A DNA stretch of 63,972 nt, the filler included, from an uncultured Methanosarcinales archaeon (lineage in GTDB: Archaea; Nanobdellota; Nanobdellia; Woesearchaeales; GW2011-AR9): the NCBI GenBank assembly GCA_964434885.1. It is 7 parts of 5 records of this genome, joined end to end, with 100 filler letters (N's around TTAATTAATTAA, not from the genome) between each part and the next. Parts side by side here need not be neighbours in the genome. Positions count along the whole stretch, not along the records: positions 1 to 11,326 come from CAYSWQ010000001.1; positions 11,427 to 25,559 come from CAYSWQ010000001.1; 5 more parts are not named here. One strand, given 5' to 3'. The notes beneath the pieces are model-generated. The model did not search any database. It was not told where the DNA came from and saw only the letters and a program-made list of their open reading frames with translations. How positions within the stretch are numbered: the stretch's first letter is position 1; each line of letters begins with the position of its first letter. This document shows positions 1 through 12,223 of this stretch, one piece after another. A program made the position numbers and the translations under genes.

Positions 1-3000
1 GATTATTTATGTCAAGATTCAGATGGTTTTCATATTGATGCGGACAATATTATTTTTGATTGTCAAAACCACACAGTTAGATGTGTGGGGGAACAATGTT
101 CCAATCTAACTGGCACCAATGCAATCGGAGTAAAATTAAATAATCGACATAATGTAACTATTAAAAATTGTAGATTGTATAATTTCAGTGCCGGAATTAG
201 AGTGATGAATAATGCTTCAACTAATACTTTAATAGACAACGAAGTTATTAATAATACATTTGGGATCCATTTAGAAGATAATATAACTCAAAATAATGTA
301 ACTAGAAACCAAATCTCTGATAGTATTTTGTGTGGTGTAAATATCACCAATAGTAGTTTGGCCCCTACCGATTACAATTATATTTGGAATAACAATATCT
401 CTAATAACACATTAGGGGCTTGTGGTGGTACTGCAGATCGGAATTACTGGTATGTATCACCAAATAAAGATTCCCATGGTTCTTGTTTAACAGAAGCTAA
501 TATTATAGGTGGTCCTTGTATTGGAGGTAATTTTTGGAGTAATTATTCTGGAAGAGATGAAACGGGAGATGGATTAGGAGATACAGATGTTCCTTTCAAA
601 GGTCAAGGTATTTTAGCAGCAGATCCAATTGGTGATGATTATCCTTTAGTACAAGTGTGTGGGGCCCCAGGAAAAGTATGTGGTAATACTACTTGTCCTT
701 CAACAATAACCTCTACTTCAGGAGAAGGAATTACTATTACTTGTTCGCACACCACATTAAATTGTGGTCAGAATTTAAACATTGGTAATGCAACAGGAAA
801 ATTAGACGAAAGAGGAATTGAAATTATTAATGTTAATAATGTGGTAGTAAAAAATTGTAATATCAGTAATTACACTTATGGAATCTACATCAAGAATTCT
901 CAAAATGTAACACTAGTAGATAATATAATACATGACAATAATAATTCAGGTATTTATGTATCTGATTTGAGCTATGGGATTACTATTATTAATAATACAA
1001 TTAAAAATGAAGATAACACAGTCCAAGATTATGGAATTCGTTTTATAAGTTCAGACCCCAACAACCGAGGAGAAAACATAATTCAGTCCAACTTAATTGT
1101 TGACCAACAAGAATATGGTATTTATTTATCTGATAATTCCGACTATAGCACTATAACTTCAAATAACATTTACAATAACACATTAGGTGGAATTTTTATT
1201 AATAATTCAGATGCTACAAATATATATAATAACCAGATACATAATCACACAACAGGAAAGGGGATCTATTCTTTTTCCTCTTCTTTGGCAGATCTTGGTA
1301 GTATAACTAGTATTGCAGATTGTAATTCTACTTGTTCAAGTAGTTATTTGTCTTGTAATAATTCTTGTGATTCTGGTCCGACTACTTGTTATGGTGCTTG
1401 TGATTCAAGTAAAAATAGTTGTGATAGTGTTTGTTCTTCAAATTTAACAACATGTAATTCTACTTGCGCAACCAATTATACTGCCGATTTGAATAATTGT
1501 ACTAGTGATTATAACACCTGTCATCTTAGTTGTTTAGGTTTCAACCAAACCACTCCAGAATATATTCAATGTGAGTATAATTGCAGTGATATTGATTATG
1601 GAACTTGTAATACTTCGGCTTTAACCACCTACAACACTTGCCAAACTAATTGTTCAGGTGATTATGGTAATTCTTGTACCAATGCTTGTGCGACAACAAA
1701 TACAAGTTGTTCTACTTCTTGTGCTAGTCAATATTCTTCAGGTTGTAAAACTACTTGTGGGAACACGTATGATAATTGCGTTGGTTCTTGTGTAACTCAA
1801 ACTGTAAATTCAATCTATGACAACCTATATGGCTACTATATTGAAGATTCAACTAGCAGTTCAGCCAATGGAATTACAGGTACCATTAATAACAATACAT
1901 ATGGGATTTATTTACAAGATTCTAACCCTAACTTAAGATATCTGGATATTTATTACAATTCTTATGGAATTATAATTGATTCAGTTACAGATTATAGTGG
2001 AACTACTCCGGGAAGCTCTTATGTATATATTGATAATGCAGACATCTATAATAACACCTATGGGTTGTATGCTAATCATTCTATCAATTTATCTTTAGCT
2101 CAAAATGGAGACGTGAAGATTGGAAATAATACATATGGGATGTATTTCTTGAATGTAACTTATAGTTTATTAGAACCATTTGGAACAGTGGTAGAGATTA
2201 TTAATAATACCTATGGGGTTGTTTTAGATGGTTCCAAATACAACCTCTTAGATGGAGTAAAAATATTTTTAGGAGAAACTGGATTAAATTTAACTGATGA
2301 TTCAACTAACAACACTATTAAATCCAATAATATAACTAATTTTTCAAATTACAATATTGCTTTAGAAAATTCAGATAACAACACTATCTACAACAACTAC
2401 ATAGATAATTCCTCGCAAGGAACAGCAGCATTTGATAATGGAAACAATGAGTGGAATATTAGTAAAACAGCAGGAACGAATATAATTGGAGGATCTTACT
2501 TAGGAGGTAATTGGTGGTCTAATTATACTGGTCAAGACACAGACAATGATGGTTTAGGAGAGACTGCTTATCCTATTGATGGAGGCAGTAACCAAGATAA
2601 TTGGCCATTAGTAGTTGCCAATGTTTCCTGTGGAACGATCATAAATTCAATTACATTAAATCAAAACTTAACTAGCAATGGTTATTGTTTCATTGTGGAT
2701 CAAGACAACTTAACTATTGATTGTGGGGGTCATTATATAACTGGGGATGGAACTGGGTTTGGTATTAATTCTACAGGAAGAAGAAATTTAGAAATTAAGA
2801 ATTGTAAGATCTTTAACTATAGTGAAGGGATTTATTTAGAAGATGCAAACAATACATTGATAACAAACAATACAATCCAAAATAACACCCAAGGATTGAA
2901 TATTAGTAGTACAATCGATTTAAACATCACTTCTAATTTGATTAAAGCAAACAACGAGTTTGGAATAGTCTGGGTTCAATCTGATAACGGGACGATACAA

Positions 3001-6000
3001 GATAATAATTTGACTGAGGGAACTCAAACTGGAATTAAGATTATAGGTTCAGTGGGTGTTTTATTCCAGCAAAATATCTTGAAAAATAATTTAGATGGAT
3101 TGCTTTTGAATAACTCAAATAACAACACCATTTATGATAATTGGTTTAGTAATACCAATAATGTGAATGACACAGGTGTAAACTATTTCAACTTAACTTA
3201 TAATTGCTCCCGAATTAATATTTTAGGTGGTTCGTGTAGTGGAGGAAATTATTGGAGTAATTATGTTGGGGTAGACAACGGAACAGGATCCACTCATCCA
3301 TACAATATTTCTGGTGATGGAATTGGGGATAATTTAATCCCATATAACAATAGTGATAAAATAAGTACAAATGGAGATTCATTACCTTTATTATCTGGTT
3401 GTGGAAACAATATTGGTCATGATTACACTTTAACTGAAAACCTTACTGTAAATGGAACTTGTTTTACAATAACCCAACCAAATGTTAAAATTGATTGTCA
3501 AGATTACACAATTACGGGAGATGGAACAGGATCAGCAATTTTAGTTAATGGTCATAACAACACAACAATTCAAAATTGTAACATAGAACTCTTCCAATAT
3601 GGAGTTAATGCATTAGGATCAATAACTTTTAATTATTCTAATACAACAAATAATACATATGGAATTTATTTGCAAGAAAGTATCAATAGTACTATTATTA
3701 ATTCGAGATTAACAAATAATGATTATGGGGTTTATTTCACAAATTCGGATTACAACAATATAACAAATAACACATTAAGTAGTAATGGTATCAGAGGTCC
3801 TTACTTAACCAGTNNNNNNNNNNAGCTACAATACGATTTATAATAATAATTTTACTAATACTAATAATGCGTTTGCAGATACAGTTAATTACTGGAATGT
3901 AACTTATGCAAACGGAGTTAACATAATTGGAGGAAATACCACTGGAGGTAATTATTGGAGTGATTACGATGGAACCGATTCGGGAATTAATACTGCCCCA
4001 TATAATAAAATTGGAGATAGTATTGGAGACACACAAATCCCCTATAATACTAATTTGGTAGAAGGAGATTATTTGCCATTGATAACTGCTAATGGTAGTG
4101 TTACTGCTTGTCCCCTAACAATTACAAAAGACTCTAAGTTAACAAGTAGCTTTACTTGTTCAAAAGAAGGTAATGCAGTAGTAGTGGCAGGAGATAATAT
4201 TACTTTAGATTGTAACAATAACACAATTACTGGAACAGGAGTTGATTCTGGAATATATATTAATAATCGCGAAGGAGTAGTTGTGAAGAACTGTAATATT
4301 ACAAATTTCTATTATGGAATCAGAATTGAAAATTCTGAAGATATAAGGATTAATTCGAGTAACAACATCTACAATAATGATTTTTATGGAATATACCTTT
4401 TTGATTCTAATAAAACAAAAATTTTAGGTAACCAAATAACAAATGACAACAATGGAGTTTATATGATTACTTCTGAAGAAACAACAATCCAGGAGAATAT
4501 CATTAATTTGAACAAAAAATTCTATGGAGTTTATGCATTTAGTAGTGTTAATAATGACATAAGCAACAATAATTTCACTAATAACTACCAAGGAATATAT
4601 TTAGTTAATTCGAGTGAAACTCAAGCCCTAAATAATAATTTGTCTGTGAGTGATGTGTTCTCTTTGTTTATTCATAGTGAAACAACAAATAGTAATTTCT
4701 CTCACAATTATATCTCTCAAGGAGATGAAGCAATAAGATTAAGATCAAATAGTAACAATAATTATTTTTTCAATAATACTTTTGAAAGACATACTAGTTA
4801 TGGTTTGAGAAGTACCAATACCGCCAACAATAATTTCACCAATAACACTTTTTCCAATAACACATTAAATGTTGATTTGTCGGCTTCCTCAGGATTTCAT
4901 TTTAATAATGATACCATTACAGGCAGTACAACTGGAATTCGGGCCATTAGTAATTCTCATGATTTAGTAGTTGAATTTGCTACAATCAATTCCAGTTCAC
5001 CAAGTGTAGAGATAAATGGTAGTTATAGGATTAATTTAACCAACAATACAATTCAAAATAATGTTTGGTTAAGAACAATACCTAATTCCACTATTTATGG
5101 AAATCAAATAACTACCAATTTAGCAATTTGGAGCAATTCCCACATACTACAAATAGAAAAAAACAACATTACTTCTCAGTTAAACACAACAGATTCTGAT
5201 AGTTTGACGATTGAAAATAATAATTTGGTTGATGTTTACATTTATGATACTACTAGTTCAACAATTAATGATAATGTAGTCAAAAAATTAAATCTAATCA
5301 ATTATAGCAACAATGGTCTAATTTATAATAATGATGTGGATGATGTCAATGGAACCTCATTTAACTTTCAGAATGTAGATAGCACCAGCATATATGGAAA
5401 CAATATTAAGAATGCAACTTTAGCTATTTATCTGAAAGGAGGATCTAATAGTAATACAATATATGATAACTGGTTGAAAGACAATGAGTTTAATCTAAAT
5501 TTGACTAGTTCAACAAGTAATACGGTGTACAACAATTATTTTGATGATAGTGTTAATAGTGAAAAAAGTGTGGCTGATGATTCTAACAATCGATGGTATG
5601 GTAATTACTCTTGTGGTACGCCCAACATTATTAGTGGGCCATGTCAAGGAGGTAATTTCTACTCTGACTACTATGGTTTAGATAATGGAAATAATAGTCG
5701 GGACCAAGGAGATGGAATTGGAGATGAACCAGCTAGCTATACAATTGCTTCAGGAAATTTGGACAGCTATCCTTTGGTTCTTTATGTAGCTAGACAATAT
5801 TTCTCAGCTTCGAGCTATAATGATTCAGTAGCAGATTCCATGGTAGCAACAGGAAATGTTTCAGGTACTTTACAAAACGAAGAAGTTGTTCCAAATCAAG
5901 TACAAATAATTAATTATAGTTCAGGAAGTAATGTATACTTGACTTTGACTGGATTATTTAACCAATCAAATGTTAATGCTCAAAAATTAAGAGTTAATTT

Positions 6001-8506
6001 TTCAACTAATTATACGGCGATTAACAAAACAGGAGTGACTGGAATTGCATCTACATATGAAGCTTACTTGTATCACCAAAACACATTTGATACTGGTGCT
6101 TATCTTTGTGAAGGTGAATATTCAAATTCCCGAACAACCAATTGTACTTCACGAGTAAATTTCACAGCAATTGGTACCACCAATGGATATACTATTTCAC
6201 AGGCAAACAACTATTATAAAATTGAAAATTTGGCCAACAATAGCTTGACCATCTTTTTGAATAATCAAAATAGTGATGTTTGTGGTGGATCAATAATGCA
6301 CGATATCACTTTAACTCAAGATTACTCTTGTAATGGTACTGGTTTTATTATTGCAGGCAATAATTTAACAATTGATTTTGATGGTTATAGTTTAACTGGA
6401 AATGGATCAGGTATAGGGTTGAACGTTTCTGGATATAATGGGACAGTAATTAAGAATGCCAATATTGATAATTTTAGTACCGGAATCTATATTGATCCAG
6501 CAGTAGATCAGAATGTTACTGGAAACAATATCACTAACAATAGTATTGGGATTTATTTTATTGAAGTAAATAATAGTTTTATTTACACCAATTATATTAT
6601 CAATAATACATTAGGAATCAACATGAGTAACTCTGCGAATAATACTATCTTTGATAATTATTTTAATAATACTAACAATACAGAAGAAAATGATGGGGCG
6701 AATAATTGGAACACTACTAATTCGTCTGCGACTAATATTTTGGGAGGTTCTTTGTTTGGAGGTAATTTCTGGCATGATTATACTGGTTGGGATGTAAATT
6801 TAGATGGGGTTGGAGAGACCTTGTTACCATATAACAATTCTGGGAACTTGAGTACAGGAGATATGCTACCTTTGACTGCAGTGGGAAAGATTGCTTGTGG
6901 AACGATAGTGAATAATGTTACTTTGAATCAAGATGTGACGATGAATACTGAGACTTGTTTTGTTTTTGCAGCTTCAAATATTTCATTTGATTGTGCTGGA
7001 TATGCCATTAAAAATGGAGAAATAGCATTTAACTTAACAGACAGTAATTCATCAACAATCAATAATTGTGTAATTGAAAACCTTTCTGCAGCAGGAATAT
7101 CAATATTTGATTCAACTAACCATACTATCAGTAACAATCAATTGCCAGATATGGTTTTAGGAATTGCAATAGATAATTCCCACAATAACACAATTAAGAA
7201 TAATAATTTAACCAATAATACTGTAGGAATTACTTTGATATCTGCCGATGACAATATTATCGAGAATAATTTAATTACGAATGATACTTTAATTGCCATA
7301 AATATTAGCCACTCAAATAACAATAATTTGACTCGGAACACTTTGACTAACAACACCAAAGGTTTAAATTTAACTAATTCCACTGGACATTGGATCTATA
7401 ATAATTGGTTTAATAACACCATAGATGCGGGAGATGATGGAAGCCCAAGTTTTTGGAATGTTACTTATGATTGTAGTGCTAGTAATAATAGTATAATCAA
7501 TAGTAATTGTTCGGGTGGAAATTTCTGGAGCAACTATTCAGGTAGAGATAATGCCAATGCTACTTTAGCTAAAGTGCCAAATTCATCGGGTGATGGAATT
7601 GGAGATACTTTAGTGCCGTTTAATATTTCTGGATCAATAACAGTAGGAGATTACTTACCTTTTACTGAGTCAGGGATTGTGGAGAGCGTTAGTTCTACCC
7701 CAAGTACACCGAGTACACCAAGTGGAGGAGCTAGTGGTTCTGGTGGAGGCTCAGGCGGTGGTTCTGGTGGAGGAAGTAGTGGAAGTGCTGTGACTGTTAC
7801 ACAGATTAATTGTACACCTTCTTGGACTTGTGGAGGATGGAGTACTTGTCAAAATAGTTTACAAATAAGAGATTGTGTTGATCAGAATAGTTGCCAGACA
7901 AAGAAATCAGCAGGAACTATAACCAATATTGTAACTGTAGGAATGCCAGATGAATCCAGATATTGTGTAGAACCTGTCAAACAAGTTGTGGAGCCAGTAG
8001 TTAAACCAGTGGTGAAGCCTGTTGTGAAGCCAGTTGTTAAACCAGTGGTGAAGCCAACTCCAGTGAAAACATTAGCAATTAGTGGAGGAGCAGTAGCAGC
8101 AGTGTTCTCAGGGTTATTTATCTATTTAGGATTAGCTAGTTCTTCGGCTAGATTAAAGAGAAAATTAAGAAAAATAGAGCAGATGATGTCAGAAGAATCA
8201 AATGAGTTGTTAAAAGAACAATACCAAGGAATCTATAATTTGTATTTGAAAGTTTCTGAAGGGAAGAAAGCCAAGTATTATTCCAATGTTAGTAGGGTGA
8301 GAGAGAAGATTGAAGCGCAAATTAAATCCGAAAAACAAGTAGAAAGATTGTTGTCAGAAACTCCAAAGATGAAGGACTTTAAACAACAAAAACATAACTA
8401 TTTGCAAATAAATAAATTGTATGGACATTTACCTCCTAAGACTCAGCAGAAGTATTATCAGAAGATTTTGCATTTGAGGGAAAGGTTGGAGAAGAGAAGA
8501 CATTGA
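1..8506 (+). CDS. Giant cell-surface protein with repeated right-handed beta-helix (NosD/CASH-like) modules and a C-terminal TM anchor; 5'-partial; one gene interrupted by a 10-N gap at 3814-3823
   Basis: Frame is open from base 1 (DYLCQDSDGF...). After the gap, the frame starting at 3824 (SYNTIYNNNF...GGNYWSDY...NLVEGDYLPL) runs without a stop into ORF 4055..8506. Seven GGN[FYW][WY][SH][ND]Y...D..G[IL/V]G..D..PL module ends, GI.L/N.I.NN repeats, many N-x-S/T sequons, hydrophobic helix near the C-terminus. Confidence 0.85.
1321..1791 (+). repeat. Cys-rich insert: CxxxC units at 11-12 aa period, 26 Cys, mirror-symmetric
   Basis: Translation CNSTC-x6-CNNSC-x6-CYGAC...CKTTC-x6-CVGSC, 157 aa. 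Confidence 0.9.
7970..8070 (+). repeat. 12-bp coding tandem repeat encoding a (PVVK)n stalk before the TM helix
   Basis: cca gta gtt aaa / cca gtg gtg aag / cct gtt gtg aag / cca gtt gtt aaa / cca gtg gtg aag. Confidence 0.9.
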
Positions 8507-8579
8507 AGAATTGTTAAACGAAACTTATTTATATTATCTTTCTTCTTAGATTTAAAAAATAATTAAGGAGTGGTTTAAA

Positions 8580-9089
8580 ATGGAAATAAAAGACGTGCAG
8601 CCCAACCAAGGGAATATTGATTTAGTATTAACGATTAAAGAAAAAGGAGATGCGAGAACTTTTGAGAAATTTGGTAAGACTGGCAAGGTTTGTTCTGCTA
8701 AAGCAGCTGATGAATCAGGAGAGATTAAATTAACCTTGTGGAATGATGATGTTGATAAAGTAAATGTAGGTAATAAAATTCATCTTAAGAATGGATGGTG
8801 TTCTGAATATCAAGGAGAAAGACAATTATCTTCTGGTAAATTTGGAGAGATCGAGGTTTTGGAAGCTGGTGGAAGTGAAGGAACTAGTGAAGAATCTGCT
8901 GGAGAACTTACAAGTGAAGAACCGGTTGAAGAGAATAAACAAGAAGAATCTCCTGTTGAGAAACCTGTGGAAGAATCACCTAGTGAAGAAGAAAGTCCAG
9001 TAGAAGAACCTGCTGAAGAGGAACCTAAAGAAGAACAACCAGAAAGTTTAGATGAAACACCAGTAAAGGAGGAAGAAACAATAATATGA
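8580..9089 (+). CDS. ssb: Single-OB-fold ssDNA-binding protein (SSB/RPA) with long acidic Glu/Pro tail
   Basis: ADESGEIKLTLWND...I.LKNGW..EYQGERQLS.GKFG is the typical archaeal SSB OB fold. Confidence 0.85.
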   Translation: MEIKDVQPNQGNIDLVLTIKEKGDARTFEKFGKTGKVCSAKAADESGEIKLTLWNDDVDKVNVGNKIHLKNGWCSEYQGERQLSSGKFGEIEVLEAGGSEGTSEESAGELTSEEPVEENKQEESPVEKPVEESPSEEESPVEEPAEEEPKEEQPESLDETPVKEEETII

Positions 9090-9409
9090 AATTGTTATCT
9101 TCTTTAAAACCAAAGAAACGTTATGTAGTTTTTGAGATTGTTGCTGAGCAGAAATTTTCAGTGCAAGATGTAGAAAAGGTTGTTTTTCAGGCATTACTTA
9201 CTTTTTTAGGAGAATTAGGAGTTTCTAATGCTTCACCAATGTTTATCAAAGGAAAAAACCAAAAATTTATGTTGAAAGTTAATAATAAATATGTAAAAGA
9301 AGTACAGGCAGCAGTAATTTTAATCAAAACTATTAAAAACAACCCAGTAATTATTAAGTCATTAATAACAACTGGAACAATTAAAAAAGCGAATACTTTT
9401 TTAGAATAA
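9086..9409 (+). CDS. pop5: RNase P protein Rpp14/Pop5
   Basis: SLKPKKRYVVFEI...FLGELG...TTGTIKKA; sits immediately upstream of psmA as in the conserved archaeal superoperon. Confidence 0.85.
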   Translation: MKLLSSLKPKKRYVVFEIVAEQKFSVQDVEKVVFQALLTFLGELGVSNASPMFIKGKNQKFMLKVNNKYVKEVQAAVILIKTIKNNPVIIKSLITTGTIKKANTFLE

Positions 9410-9430
9410 AATAAATCGAGGTGCAAAAAA

Positions 9431-10144
9431 ATGAAAATGCCAATGGATAAGATGGGATATGATCGTTCTATTACTATGTTTTCTCCGGATGGGAGATTGT
9501 TACAAGTAGAATATGCTAAGAAAACTGTAAGACAAGGTTCTACTGCAATTGGAATGGTTTGTAAAGATGGAGTATTATTAGTTTCTGATAAAAGAATTAA
9601 CACTAAATTAATGGTTCCTGAAGGGGTGGAAAAAACTTTCCGGATTGATGATCATATTATAACTACTGCTTCTGGAATTATTTCTGATGCTAGAGTATTA
9701 ATTGATCGAGCTCAATTAAAAGCACAACAACATTCAGTTACTTATGATTCTAAGATTGATATTTTGTCAATTGTTAAAGATGTAGCTGATTTAAAGCAAG
9801 TTTGTACTCAATCGGCAGGATTAAGACCTTTTGGAGTGTCTTTATTAATTGCAGGAGTAGAAGAAGATAATAGTGCTAAATTATTTGTAACTGAACCTTA
9901 TGGGATATACTTTCAATATAGGGCAGCAGTGATTGGAGAAGGAGAAACAGAAATTGAGCCAATTTTGCAAAAGAAATACAAACCAACAATGACTATCAAA
10001 GATGGATTGAAATTAGCATTAGAATCTTTGAAAACAGCTTTGAAAAAGGACTTTGATTGGGAAAGAATTGGGGCTTCTTATGTAACTCTAGAAAGTAAAA
10101 AAACTAAGAGATTTTCGAAGGAAGAAATTAAATCATTGATCTAA
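9431..10144 (+). CDS. psmA: Proteasome alpha subunit
   Basis: GYDRSITMFSPDGRLLQVEYA and RPFGVSLLIAG signatures. Confidence 0.97.
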   Translation: MKMPMDKMGYDRSITMFSPDGRLLQVEYAKKTVRQGSTAIGMVCKDGVLLVSDKRINTKLMVPEGVEKTFRIDDHIITTASGIISDARVLIDRAQLKAQQHSVTYDSKIDILSIVKDVADLKQVCTQSAGLRPFGVSLLIAGVEEDNSAKLFVTEPYGIYFQYRAAVIGEGETEIEPILQKKYKPTMTIKDGLKLALESLKTALKKDFDWERIGASYVTLESKKTKRFSKEEIKSLI

Positions 10145-10145
10145 A

Positions 10146-10859
10146 ATGCACCAAATAAATACTGCTGAAAAAATAAAGTTGAATCTGGCTAGATTGAAGA
10201 AAGGAGGAGAAACTTTTGAGATCAATATTGATCCAGATTTAGCAATGGATTTGAAACAGGGAAAAGAAGTTACCATGAGAGAGATTTTGAAAGCAGAACA
10301 AATTTTTTCTGATGCTAAAAAAGGAGAATTGGCTTCTGAACAAAAACTAGAAGAAGTGTTTAAAACCACTGATCCTTTGCAAGTAGCAGAAATTATTATT
10401 AAAGAAGGAGAGATTCAACTTACTGCTGAATTTCGAGCAGAAAAAAGAGAACAAAAGAAGAAGAAAATTTTAGATTTAATTCATAAAAATGCAATTGATC
10501 CTGGAACAAGATTACCTCATCCTTTAGTAAGGATTGAAAATGCGTTTCAGGAAGCAAAAGTACAAATTGCTGATTTTAAATCAGCAGAAGAGCAACTAGA
10601 TGAGATAGTAACTAAATTAAGGCCAATCTTAGCATTAAAGTTTGAACAAGCAGAATTGAAAGTACAGATTCCTGCCACCTATGCAGCAAAATCATATGCT
10701 TTGATAAAAAAGAATAGCAAAATGATCAAAGAAGAATGGAATCAAGATGGTAGTTGGACTGTAGATGTGGAGTTACCAGCTGGTTTAAAACCAGAATTTG
10801 TAGATAAAATAAATTCTTTAACTCATGGGGAAGCATTTATAAAAGAGAAGCAAATCTAG
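10146..10859 (+). CDS. sdo1: Ribosome maturation factor SBDS/Sdo1
   Basis: ARLKKGGETFEI, IFSDAKKG, GEIQLTAE, PHPLVRIENA; follows psmA. Confidence 0.95.
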   Translation: MHQINTAEKIKLNLARLKKGGETFEINIDPDLAMDLKQGKEVTMREILKAEQIFSDAKKGELASEQKLEEVFKTTDPLQVAEIIIKEGEIQLTAEFRAEKREQKKKKILDLIHKNAIDPGTRLPHPLVRIENAFQEAKVQIADFKSAEEQLDEIVTKLRPILALKFEQAELKVQIPATYAAKSYALIKKNSKMIKEEWNQDGSWTVDVELPAGLKPEFVDKINSLTHGEAFIKEKQI

Positions 10860-10875
10860 GGTAAACAGAGAGAAA

Positions 10876-11326
10876 ATGGAAGAATTAAAAGTTAAAGAAA
10901 AAGATATTGTGATTCCAGGAGAACTTTTGGCGGAAGGCATGGGTTACTTACCTGGACAAAACACTTACCGAAAAGAAGACAAAGTTTATTCTAAAGTTCT
11001 TGGACTGGTTTATTTATCAGGTCGAGCAATTAGAATTACTCCTTTAGCAGGACCATATGTTCCTAAAGCAGGAGATAAAATTGTCGGTAAGATTATAGAT
11101 ATAACTATGACTGGCTGGAGAATTGAAACAAACACAGCCTACTCAGCGATGTTGAATATCAAAGACGCTACTACTCGTTATGTAAGACGGGACGAAGACC
11201 TAAGTAAAATAATGGGCATCGGAGATTATGTAGTAGTGAAAATAACCAAAGTTACTTCTCAAAAACTGATTGATTTAAGTATGAAGGAACCTGGCTTGAG
11301 AAAGATTATTGGAGGAAGAATTATTA
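10876..11326 (+). CDS. rrp4: Exosome RNA-binding subunit Rrp4 (3'-truncated at contig end)
   Basis: IVIPGELLAEG...YVPKAGDKIVGKI S1 domain; conserved operon order after SBDS. Confidence 0.92.
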
Positions 11327-11426
11327 NNNNNNNNNNNNNNNNNNNNNNNNNNNNNNNNNNNNNNNNNNNNTTAATTAATTAANNNNNNNNNNNNNNNNNN
11401 NNNNNNNNNNNNNNNNNNNNNNNNNN
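11327..11426. other. Artificial contig spacer (N44-TTAATTAATTAA-N44)
   Basis: 100-nt linker with stops in all six frames; identical copies recur six times. Confidence 0.99.
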
Positions 11427-11577
11427 GTTGTTGGGTTGGAAGAAACTGTGAAGTGGAAAGATTATTTTGAAGTATGGAAAACCGAAAGCTATATAAATCA
11501 CTTGTTTTCCTTTGAAATGTTCAAGTGTGATTACAGTAAAAACAGTAATTACTTAAAACTAGCGAGGTGTTTTAAAC

Positions 11578-12216
11578 ATGACAAGTAATGAATCGTTATA
11601 TGCATGTATCAAGTATGATATGAAAAGAAAGGAGACCCGGCGTTGTTTGGACCAAATGCCGGAGACGAATGAATTAATTTCTAATTATTTGGATAATTTA
11701 GTTTTAGAAGCTAAAGAAAATCCCTATTGGTGCGAGGCAATAGTTAAAGCCAATGAATTGAATACAGGGATTAAATGTTCTGAAGAAGAATCATTTACTT
11801 ATTTTAACCAACAAGGACAAGAAATGTACATGGAAGATGCATTTGCTATTTCATTAATAGCAGAAGGTCTTAGTTTGGCAGACGAAATTGGTTTAGAAGA
11901 AAAATTAGAAAGAATTAGGCCAGTTAATGAAAAAGGATTGTTTTTGTTGTTGCCAAGGATGGAAGGGGTTTTAAGTAAAATGGGTTATGGGGGGGTAGAA
12001 AAGCCATTGTATAGTGATGCAGATGGTGTGATTAAAGTTGAAGGTCAAGATCCAACTGCAAGATATGAGAATTTAACTACTTCTGGTGATTTGAGTGAAG
12101 ATAATATGCAACGATTGAGAAAGAAAATGAGTGGTAGCTCGGATGGAAACACTGGTTTGTTTTATGTTGGTGGGTTGTTTGAAAAAGAATTAAGACCTCA
12201 ACCAGAACTAAGTTAA
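11578..12216 (+). CDS. Hypothetical protein (212 aa)
   Basis: Clean ORF with GAGGTG SD and an upstream TATA-like box (tatataaa near 11490); no recognisable family. Confidence 0.7.
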   Translation: MTSNESLYACIKYDMKRKETRRCLDQMPETNELISNYLDNLVLEAKENPYWCEAIVKANELNTGIKCSEEESFTYFNQQGQEMYMEDAFAISLIAEGLSLADEIGLEEKLERIRPVNEKGLFLLLPRMEGVLSKMGYGGVEKPLYSDADGVIKVEGQDPTARYENLTTSGDLSEDNMQRLRKKMSGSSDGNTGLFYVGGLFEKELRPQPELS

Positions 12217-12223
12217 TAATTTC

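Noticed and set aside
3814..4055. Programmed frameshift or pseudogene in the surface protein
   Set aside because: The frame change coincides with a 10-N gap of uncertain true length.
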